The notes beneath the pieces were generated by a model that worked only from the letters and a program-made list of their open reading frames with translations, did no database searches and was not told the DNA's origin. From Nitrospirota bacterium (lineage in GTDB: Bacteria > Nitrospirota > Nitrospiria > JACQCE01): a stretch of DNA of 40,407 bases. Below are positions 32,197 to 38,997 of the stretch, piece by piece. The stretch spans positions 1-40,407 of the forward strand of contig JBFMAJ010000001.1 of assembly GCA_040755775.1 (NCBI GenBank). The letters run 5' to 3'. The position numbers were made by a program, and so were the translations under genes. Positions within the stretch are counted from its first letter, which is position 1. Each line of letters begins with the position of its first letter.

Positions 32197-35100
32197 GTGG
32201 ACGGGATCCGAAACCGAGTCCGTTTCCTTTTCCAGGGAATGGCCTTTTTTTCTGTGACGCGCGCGCTCTCCTGTGGTGCGCTCTTCCTGCTTGTTCAGTT
32301 CATCGGCCCGTTCGCGCAAGGTCCTGAGGCTCTGGCGGCGCAGGCGGGTGACGGGCATGTGATCTACGGCAATAGAAATGCGTCGACGACGCTCTACAAC
32401 CGCTCGTTCAACGGAACGACGTTCGGGTTGGAGGGGGCGTTGCTTTTGGCGGATTTTGTTCGCTGGACCGATCTGGAGGCCTCACCAACTGACGCTGATC
32501 GATTGCTGCGGGGCGTGATCGAGAAAGGGACGAAAGCGGTCAAAACGTCAATTTTCGACTATTCAACCGGCACGTGGACTGAAATCACGACTGTCACGTC
32601 CAGCACGGGCAATGATTCTCGCCGCCTCTTCGACATCGAATTTGAGGAAGGCACGGGAGATGCGCTGATTGTGTACGCTAGCAGCACCGCGGGAGCCTTG
32701 CGGTACCGAACCCTGAGCTCGGCCTGCGCTCCGATTGCCACTTGCGATTGGAGCGCGCAACAGACGTTGAATTTTGCCGGAGGAACGCCTCGTACCGTGA
32801 GAGCCGCGAGAGATCCGGATTCAGACGATGTTTTGGTGGCCTGGGAGGACAGCAATTTCGATGTCTTCTCGGCCCTGTGGAACGGTTCCTCCTTCGGCGG
32901 CGTCACGATCCATGAGACGAACTCAATCAACGCCGCACTTGACACCAGCGGCGCGCCGCTGGGGCCAAAGGACTCTCAGGTATTCGATCTGGCCTGGGAG
33001 GGCGGTGGCAGCACTTCTGAAGCGATGGTCGCGTGGATGAACAGCGTCGGCGTGGTTCGGTACAATACGTGGACGGGCGGGGCTTGGGGTCTTTCGAATG
33101 ATCTCCCCGGATTGAGTTTCGCAGTGGGAGACAAAGCGGGTGGTCTCGTCGTCGCCAGCACCCGTTGGTCGGCTGCGCATAGCCGGATCGCTATTTTTGC
33201 AGGCAACGGAAATGAGAAACGCATCAAGGTCAATATCTGGTCCGGCACTGGCTGGGGGGCCGCGGAACTCCTGGGATCGGTGGGATCCGATATGCGAACG
33301 GACAAGGAGGGGTTGCCGCTGGAAGCTGTGTGGCAGGCGACGACCGGAAACTTATTCGTCCCGTTCATTGTAAGGCAGAATGACATCGGGGTGCGTCTTC
33401 GAATCTACGATGTAAGTTCGGATACGTGGGGCGTGGATCAGGGGCCGCTCACCGGAACCGACATTTTCAAGGGATACGTGCGGGCCGATGCCGATCGAAA
33501 TTCTCAAGCGGTCGGGATTGTGGCGGGAGACAAGAACGTCGACATCGGGACGTTCGGTCTGATTTGCGCGCATCCGTGCAGCGTGGGTACAGCAGCGGAG
33601 TGGACGACGACTGAAATCAATACGGCGGCGGCTGAAGACAAAATTGTCGCGGGAGATATCGTGTTTTATGAGGCGGTTTCACCCGCGCCAGTGACTGATT
33701 TGACGATCACTTCGTACAATGCGGAAAATGTGATTTTCTGGGCCAATCCCGCCACGCCCATCACGCATATACTGGTTCTGGCGAAGACTTCAGACTGCAC
33801 TTTTGGCATCGATCCGGGAGGCGCCGAGGGTATCGGCGCCACGGTGGGAAACGCGGTCGTCATCTATAACAACAACCCGGCCACAGATCTGTCTTCAACG
33901 CCTGTGACCGTCGGCGGCCCCACTGCCGTCAGCTACACGGCGGCGACCCAGCGCTTGGTGCACAGCGGTTTGACCGATGGCACCGTCTATTGCTACAAAG
34001 TTTATGCCCGGAACGGCAGCCAGCTTGACGACAACAGCGGTGCCGGTCGTCCGGCCGTCTCGGCCACGGGCACGGATGGGGTCGCGCCCAGCGCAGTTTG
34101 GACCTTCAATCTGGTCTCATCCGTGGGGGCGTCATTGGTTCAACCGAGCCTGGATCCTGGTGTTGCCATCTATACGTCCTATGGGAGCGGGACCATCGCA
34201 TCGATCGGTGCGACAGACGGGCTGCTGTCATGGCGCGCCACGCCGGCGGCGGGGGCGATACAAGATCAGTCGGCGATCGTGTGGATGTCGGGCTCTAGCA
34301 CCTGTGGCATCGGTGGGGCCACCACCTGTCTCTTCGCCGCCTCCCAGGATGGCTACGTCTATGCCCGAAATGCGGTCAGCGGCGCGGGGACGTGGAGCTA
34401 CCGGCATGCCGCAGGCGACGTCCTGCAAGGTGCGCTGGCCGTCCAGATTAAAGACTACAGCAATGCAGGCTACATGCCGACGGTTGACCGGCTGTTCGCC
34501 GCCACGCGCAACACCACCACCATCGCGAACAAGGTCTACGCGCTAGACCCCACGACGGCCCCGCCGACGATCGCCTGGCTTTTCACCGGCGGAGGCGTCA
34601 ATCCGGCCATGGACATGGTGAGTTCGCCCCCGGCGCTTGACTACGCCAACAACCGCCTCTACGTCACCAGCCATTCCAACGGCGGGACCCAGCGGAGCCT
34701 GTGGGTCTTCAGCACTGTCGATGGCGCCCTGCTCAGCACGGGAGCGTCGTATGGCGGCACGAGCCTGGGTGATGTGGCTGTTCCGCCCGCCCTCAGTGTT
34801 GATGGAAGCGTGGTCTATGCGGGGACGACGACCGGGACGATCGCCGCTTACAATACTATCGACGGTTCATTGCGATGGAGCTTTGCTGCGGGCAGCGCGG
34901 TAGCGTCGGGTCTCTGGGTGGAATTTCGCGCCGGTCTGGCGGGTAATCTCTTTTTCAGCACGGCCAACGGCAGAGTGTGGCGCATTCGCGATGATGGCGC
35001 CTCCGCTACCGATATATGGGGTGCCGGCGCTCCGACCGTTACGGCGGCTTCCTTCCCCGTGGTGATTCCATCGGCCGGCAAGGTTTACGTGGGTGGCTGC

Positions 35101-35325
35101 TCCGGCGCCAATTGTGCCGCAGGCAGTCAGGGGCGGCTCTACCAGCTCGACGTGGCGACGGGCGCCAAGGAACAGTGCAGAAACCTCGGCGCCAACGTCA
35201 CGGTCGGCGATCCCGCGTTCGATACGGTGTTTGAGCGGCTTCTCGTGGGTGCCAGCGATGGAAAAGTTCACACCTACGCAGCGCCGGCCGGCATTCTGGG
35301 AGGGGATCCGTCATGCACGCCGTAA
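32197..35325 (+). CDS. Large secreted or membrane-anchored protein: N-terminal hydrophobic segment, W-x-G-x-x-W/F-G repeat (propeller-like) region, FN3-like segment, C-terminal PQQ/BamB-like beta-propeller
   Basis: GTG at 32197 preceded by CAGGAGGG. MAFFSVTRALSCGALFLLVQFIGPFA is hydrophobic. Repeats occur every 55-62 aa (YSTGTWTE, ALWNGSSFGG, YNTWTGGAWG, NIWSGTGWG, VSSDTWG). The C-terminal part has repeats such as DGYVYARNAVSGAGTWSY, NKVYALDP, TIAAYNTIDGSLRWSF, GRLYQLDVATGA and DGKVHTY, typical of PQQ-like propellers. Confidence 0.7.
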   Translation: MDGIRNRVRFLFQGMAFFSVTRALSCGALFLLVQFIGPFAQGPEALAAQAGDGHVIYGNRNASTTLYNRSFNGTTFGLEGALLLADFVRWTDLEASPTDADRLLRGVIEKGTKAVKTSIFDYSTGTWTEITTVTSSTGNDSRRLFDIEFEEGTGDALIVYASSTAGALRYRTLSSACAPIATCDWSAQQTLNFAGGTPRTVRAARDPDSDDVLVAWEDSNFDVFSALWNGSSFGGVTIHETNSINAALDTSGAPLGPKDSQVFDLAWEGGGSTSEAMVAWMNSVGVVRYNTWTGGAWGLSNDLPGLSFAVGDKAGGLVVASTRWSAAHSRIAIFAGNGNEKRIKVNIWSGTGWGAAELLGSVGSDMRTDKEGLPLEAVWQATTGNLFVPFIVRQNDIGVRLRIYDVSSDTWGVDQGPLTGTDIFKGYVRADADRNSQAVGIVAGDKNVDIGTFGLICAHPCSVGTAAEWTTTEINTAAAEDKIVAGDIVFYEAVSPAPVTDLTITSYNAENVIFWANPATPITHILVLAKTSDCTFGIDPGGAEGIGATVGNAVVIYNNNPATDLSSTPVTVGGPTAVSYTAATQRLVHSGLTDGTVYCYKVYARNGSQLDDNSGAGRPAVSATGTDGVAPSAVWTFNLVSSVGASLVQPSLDPGVAIYTSYGSGTIASIGATDGLLSWRATPAAGAIQDQSAIVWMSGSSTCGIGGATTCLFAASQDGYVYARNAVSGAGTWSYRHAAGDVLQGALAVQIKDYSNAGYMPTVDRLFAATRNTTTIANKVYALDPTTAPPTIAWLFTGGGVNPAMDMVSSPPALDYANNRLYVTSHSNGGTQRSLWVFSTVDGALLSTGASYGGTSLGDVAVPPALSVDGSVVYAGTTTGTIAAYNTIDGSLRWSFAAGSAVASGLWVEFRAGLAGNLFFSTANGRVWRIRDDGASATDIWGAGAPTVTAASFPVVIPSAGKVYVGGCSGANCAAGSQGRLYQLDVATGAKEQCRNLGANVTVGDPAFDTVFERLLVGASDGKVHTYAAPAGILGGDPSCTP

Positions 35326-35339
35326 GCAAAGAGGGGCGC

Positions 35340-35903
35340 ATGGCATATTTCATGCTCATTGGTCTGTTGGTGTCGGGATTGGCGATGCTGCTGCCCGGCA
35401 CGGCATGGGCGGGCGGAGGCGGCCAAGAGTTGCGTCATTCAGGCGCCAGTGCCTTTCTGATTGTGGCGGGAACGAGCGTGTATGATCAGGCCGGCCGAAG
35501 TCGTAGATCGGGGGGGATGCGGAAGACCCTGACGGTGAACACATCCTTTTCTATCTCGACCGTTCGTGACGTGTATGTGTATACCTATTGGGAGAATCTA
35601 TTTGGCGAGCATGATCTGATCATCTTGGTGTATAGTCCAGACGGTCAATTGTATCAAAAACGGGTCGTGCCCATCTCCATCGGCCAATTATCGTCGTCGA
35701 CCCGGCAGGTGCCAGGGGTGGAGAATGTCGTGGATGTTCAACGCACCACCCCCCTGGGCCGGTACGAGGTGTCAACGGTGCAACTCCCCATCGCGGGCAC
35801 CTGGATTACGGAACATCGGCTCTTGGGGACGTGGCGGGTCGACGTGTTGCTGGACAAGGCATCGGCACCCGTCACCAGCGGGACCTTTATCATTACGGAA
35901 TGA
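35340..35903 (+). CDS. Hypothetical secreted protein (signal peptide; no recognisable family)
   Basis: ATG at 35340 preceded by AGAGGGG. MAYFMLIGLLVSGLAMLLPGTAWAGGGG is a signal-peptide-like N-terminus with an AWA-G cleavage-type site. 187 aa. Confidence 0.55.
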   Translation: MAYFMLIGLLVSGLAMLLPGTAWAGGGGQELRHSGASAFLIVAGTSVYDQAGRSRRSGGMRKTLTVNTSFSISTVRDVYVYTYWENLFGEHDLIILVYSPDGQLYQKRVVPISIGQLSSSTRQVPGVENVVDVQRTTPLGRYEVSTVQLPIAGTWITEHRLLGTWRVDVLLDKASAPVTSGTFIITE

Positions 35904-35933
35904 TCCTCCCCCCGGTTCTGGGGCGCCTCCTGG

Positions 35934-35962
35934 TTGCTGGAACAGTCCGGGTGGGGTATAGT
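35934..35962 (+). promoter_or_regulatory. Candidate promoter (TTGCTG-N17-TATAGT) for the small ORF / kinase / rSAM unit
   Basis: TTGCTG at 35934-35939 and TATAGT at 35957-35962. The predicted leader of about 29 nt carries GGAGGA at 35985-35990. Confidence 0.45.
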
Positions 35963-35997
35963 GGTGGCTGATTGTCACACGATTGGAGGAACTGAAG

Positions 35998-36153
35998 ATG
36001 GCTGAGGAACGGGAAGCCCCAAAAAAGCCGCAGCCGTACGTCAGGCCAAAGATCGAGTGGGAGGAGCCGTTCGAGCCGGTGACGTCGGCGATCAGTTGCG
36101 CGAAACGACCGGGGCAAGGTGTCCCCAGCTGCATGGCCGCGCCTCGAGTGTGA
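35998..36153 (+). CDS. Untracked 51-aa ORF, candidate precursor peptide: MAEEREAPKKPQPYVRPKIEWEEPFEPVTSAISCAKRPGQGVPSCMAAPRV
   Basis: Translated by hand. It is too short for the supplied ORF track, whose shortest entry is 60 aa. GGAGGA lies 7 nt upstream of the ATG, one of the best SD sequences I noticed in the window. Third codon positions are mostly G/C, like the real genes here. The N-terminal half is charged and the C-terminal part holds two Cys residues. It sits immediately upstream of the HPr-kinase-like and rSAM/SPASM genes. Confidence 0.45.
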   Translation: MAEEREAPKKPQPYVRPKIEWEEPFEPVTSAISCAKRPGQGVPSCMAAPRV

Positions 36154-36160
36154 GGGGTTG

Positions 36161-36973
36161 GTGGGCGCGTATTCTGTCGTGCTTGAAATGGCGGGCGTCG
36201 CCGGCGCGGTGACGACGCGCGATCGGGCCGTGGCGGAGCTTCTGCGTCATCGGTATCGCGCCTTCTTAACCGAGAAACCGCCGCGTTTCACCGTCGCGGC
36301 CGTTGTTGACCTTCGTGCGGGTGGGCAAGGCGATCCCTTGACGATTACAACCGGGCCCGTTCACGCACAATGGCGGAGCGGAAGGGTGCGTCTGTCCGGC
36401 GGCGGCTTTTTCGCCGCTTTTGATTGGACGTCTCGACGAGGGACCGTTGCCAGCCCGCTCAACCTGACGCCGATCGACCTGCTGCTCAAAGTGATTTACA
36501 TGCAGCTGCTGCTGCGCGAGCGGGCTTGCTTTATCCATGGCTGCGCCGTGGAGCGCGAGGGGCGCGGCTATCTTTTTTTCGGCCCGAGCGGAAGTGGCAA
36601 ATCCACGCTGGCGCGGACGGCCGGCGGCGCGGTCCTGGCCGACGAGCTGGTGATCGTGAAACGGGGCGTGGAGCGGCGGCCGAGCTATTCGCTTTACGGC
36701 ACGCCGTTTTGGGGCGGCCTCAACCGACGGGCTCCGTTGACAGGGCTCTTCGCCCTGCGTTTTCATCCGGACGCCTCTTCTTTGGCCCCCCTGTCGCGGG
36801 TGCAAGCCTTGCGACGGCTGCTTCCCTGCCTTGGCGGTTTCGGGGCCCCCCGATCTGACGATGCCCGTCTGTTCGAATGGGCGTCGATATTGGTCCGGGA
36901 TCAGCGGTGTCATGAAATTTGCCGCTCGGTCCGTTCCGAACCCTGGGACTGGTTTTATGCTGTTGCCGCCTGA
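36161..36973 (+). CDS. HPr-kinase-related protein (HprK C-terminal-domain-like P-loop)
   Basis: ORF 36119..36973 contains CFIHGCAVEREGRGYLFFGPSGSGKSTLA...LADELVIV, the HprK-type H-G...G-x-S-G-x-G-K-S layout. The start is uncertain: GTG 36119, TTG 36158, GTG 36161 or ATG 36188. I chose the first GTG after the small-ORF stop. Confidence 0.7.
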   Translation: MGAYSVVLEMAGVAGAVTTRDRAVAELLRHRYRAFLTEKPPRFTVAAVVDLRAGGQGDPLTITTGPVHAQWRSGRVRLSGGGFFAAFDWTSRRGTVASPLNLTPIDLLLKVIYMQLLLRERACFIHGCAVEREGRGYLFFGPSGSGKSTLARTAGGAVLADELVIVKRGVERRPSYSLYGTPFWGGLNRRAPLTGLFALRFHPDASSLAPLSRVQALRRLLPCLGGFGAPRSDDARLFEWASILVRDQRCHEICRSVRSEPWDWFYAVAA

Positions 36974-38123
36974 CGCGCACGGCCTCGTCGATCCCGGTTC
37001 GCCGTCCCATTATGCCCGATGGACCGAAGAGGCGGCCCGCCGCTATCTTCCGGTGAATGTCCTGATGGAGCTAACGCATCGATGCCATTTGGATTGCGTC
37101 CATTGCTATCTCGAAGACAACCACCGCCACACCGACAAGCGACGGGAGCTGACCGACGCCGAGGCCTGCGGCGTGATCGATCAGTTGGTCGAGGCCGGGG
37201 GATTGTTCCTGACCTTGAGCGGCGGGGAATTGCTTCTGCGCAAGGATGCCGTGGCGATCGCCCGTTATGCGCGCGGCAAAGGATTGGCCCTGCGGCTCTA
37301 CACCAGCGGAACATTGATCACCGACCGGCTGATCGAGGAGATGATCGCCCTCCATCCGCTGTCGGTGGAGTTCTCGCTCTATTCGGCCGACAATCCGGCC
37401 CTGCACGATGCGATCACCAGGGCACCGGGTTCGCACCAGAAGACGCTGCGGGCTGTTCGCGTTTTCGCGGGCCGCGGGGTCCCCGTGGTGATCAAGACGC
37501 CCCTGATGCGTGAGATTTTTTCCGAATATCCCAAGATCGTGCGATTAGCCCAGGAACTGGGAATTGCCTACCTGCTGGATCCGACAATTAACCCGAAGAA
37601 CGACGGGGAAAACTCTCCCTGTCGATTCAGGCTGTCGCCGGAGCAGCTGGCCGCGCTCTATGCCAACCCAAGCATCCCGGCCCCGCCGGAGATGCAATGG
37701 ATCGGCAAGGCCCGCCGCCATCCGGAGGATGAGGTCTGCAATCTCGGGAAAACGGGCTGCGCGATTTCTCCGTTCGGCGACGTCTATCCGACGGTGGGTT
37801 TCCCCTGGTCGGCGGGCAACGTGCGGGAGAGGCCCTTCGGCGTCATCTGGCGGGAGGCGCCGTTGTTTCGAAAATTGCGTGCCTTGACGGTGAAGGATCT
37901 TGCCACCTGCTCCGGTTGCGAGAAGTTCGCCTATTGCGGCCGCTGTTGCGTGTGGGCCTTGATGGATGACGGCGATTTGCTGGGTCCGTCGCTCTGGGCC
38001 TGCGAACTGGCCGCCGCCAAAGAGCGGGCCGCCGGCCTTCCTTCCGAACCGACCCCGTACCAGCGGGCCCGACAGCACAACCCACGGGAGCCGCGCGGGG
38101 TCATGATCGACACACTGTTCTGA
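36957..38123 (+). CDS. Radical SAM enzyme with a C-terminal SPASM domain
   Basis: ORF 36831..38123. LMELTHRCHLDCVHCY is the CxxxCxxC cluster and LTLSGGELLL is the GGE motif. The C-terminal CNLGKTGCAISPFGDVYP...CSGCEKFAYCGRCC fits the SPASM Cys pattern. I prefer the ATG at 36957 (17-nt overlap with the upstream gene). The ATG at 36912 is also possible. Confidence 0.85.
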   Translation: MLLPPDAHGLVDPGSPSHYARWTEEAARRYLPVNVLMELTHRCHLDCVHCYLEDNHRHTDKRRELTDAEACGVIDQLVEAGGLFLTLSGGELLLRKDAVAIARYARGKGLALRLYTSGTLITDRLIEEMIALHPLSVEFSLYSADNPALHDAITRAPGSHQKTLRAVRVFAGRGVPVVIKTPLMREIFSEYPKIVRLAQELGIAYLLDPTINPKNDGENSPCRFRLSPEQLAALYANPSIPAPPEMQWIGKARRHPEDEVCNLGKTGCAISPFGDVYPTVGFPWSAGNVRERPFGVIWREAPLFRKLRALTVKDLATCSGCEKFAYCGRCCVWALMDDGDLLGPSLWACELAAAKERAAGLPSEPTPYQRARQHNPREPRGVMIDTLF

Positions 38124-38189
38124 TCTCGAGTGTCCGCCCTGCCGCGGCGTTTTCCCTGTGTTCCCAGAGTGTTGTCTTGAGTGGTTCGT

Positions 38190-38218
38190 TTGACAGATTG
38201 GAAGGAGTCGTCTACAGT
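38190..38218 (+). promoter_or_regulatory. Strong candidate promoter (TTGACA-N17-TACAGT)
   Basis: TTGACA at 38190-38195 and TACAGT at 38213-38218, 18 nt before the ATG at 38237. Confidence 0.5.
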
Positions 38219-38236
38219 TAATTTCAGGCCGTTACC

Positions 38237-38989
38237 ATGAATCACGTACGGAAATCGTCGAGAACCCATGTGAAAGCGATACTGAAACAAATGAGCAGTA
38301 CGCTGTGGATGGGGGTCATCGTCGGGCTGCTGGCGGGCTGCGCGATCAACACGCCGACGCCAACGGTGACCGAGCCGCAGGAGCTGGCCAAAGCCAGGCA
38401 GATCATCATCAGCCCCGGCGACGTGCTGGAAGTGATCATCCGGCGGGGCTCGGCGGAGGACACCTTCACCTCGACCGTCCGGGACAACGGCATCGCGTCC
38501 ATCTCGGTGGTCGATTTGGACGTCAAGGGATTGACGCTGCTGGAGGCGGAGCACAAGCTGGCCGAGGCGCTGACGCCGTTCGTCAAGGAGCCGCGCGTTC
38601 AGGTGCTGTTCAAGCAAAAAGTCATCTCCGATCGATTTTTTGTCTTTGGCGAGGTCAACAAACCGGGTGTGTTTCCGCTCGAACCCGGCACCACCATCGC
38701 GGATGCGTTGGGAAAGGCCGACGGCTACAACAAAACAGCCTATCTGCCGAGCGTGCGGATCCTTCGCGGGGGACTGGAGCACCCGGAAATTTTGCCCGTC
38801 GACGTAGACCAGCTCCTCTACAAGGGGAATCAGGGCCAGAACCTGCTGCTCAAAAATCAGGATATTGTCTTCGTCCCGCGGACGAGGATCGGGGATTGGA
38901 ACAGGTTTATCGAAGAGATCAGGCCGACGCTTGAAGTCATCACCTTGCCGCTGCAGTCGGTGATCCTCGGCCGGGCCGTCAAGGATTAG
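38237..38989 (+). CDS. Polysaccharide export protein (Wza / EpsE-like; Poly_export + SLBB), lipoprotein
   Basis: LWMGVIVGLLAGC is a lipobox. ISPGDVLEVII...VFGEVNKPGVFPLEPGTTIADALGKADGY...NQDIVFVP are typical motifs of the polysaccharide export family. An alternative start is the ATG at 38291. Confidence 0.85.
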   Translation: MNHVRKSSRTHVKAILKQMSSTLWMGVIVGLLAGCAINTPTPTVTEPQELAKARQIIISPGDVLEVIIRRGSAEDTFTSTVRDNGIASISVVDLDVKGLTLLEAEHKLAEALTPFVKEPRVQVLFKQKVISDRFFVFGEVNKPGVFPLEPGTTIADALGKADGYNKTAYLPSVRILRGGLEHPEILPVDVDQLLYKGNQGQNLLLKNQDIVFVPRTRIGDWNRFIEEIRPTLEVITLPLQSVILGRAVKD

Positions 38990-38997
38990 GGGCAGAC

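Noticed and set aside
35200-35903. PEP-CTERM or other C-terminal sorting signals on the 1042-aa and 187-aa secreted proteins.
   Set aside because: The C-termini (...GILGGDPSCTP and ...VTSGTFIITE) lack a PEP motif, a following hydrophobic helix and a basic tail. There is also no LPXTG-like signal.
30007-38123. Interpreting the PqqD / HPr-kinase-like / nucleotidyltransferase genes as a lasso-peptide cluster.
   Set aside because: The block has no Asn-synthetase-like lasso cyclase, no transglutaminase-like B2 protease and no ABC exporter. The candidate peptide has no obvious Gly/Ala-1 ... Asp/Glu-7-9 ring layout after a Thr-x leader end. A radical SAM/SPASM enzyme is present instead.
36957-38123. 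The rSAM/SPASM enzyme as an anaerobic sulfatase-maturating enzyme, linked to the sulfotransferase theme.
   Set aside because: No sulfatase gene is in the window. The 51-aa peptide has no C/S-x-P/A-x-R sulfatase motif (CAKRP and CMAAPR do not fit). The gene is co-located with a PqqD-like protein, which points to peptide modification. This cannot be fully excluded without phylogeny.
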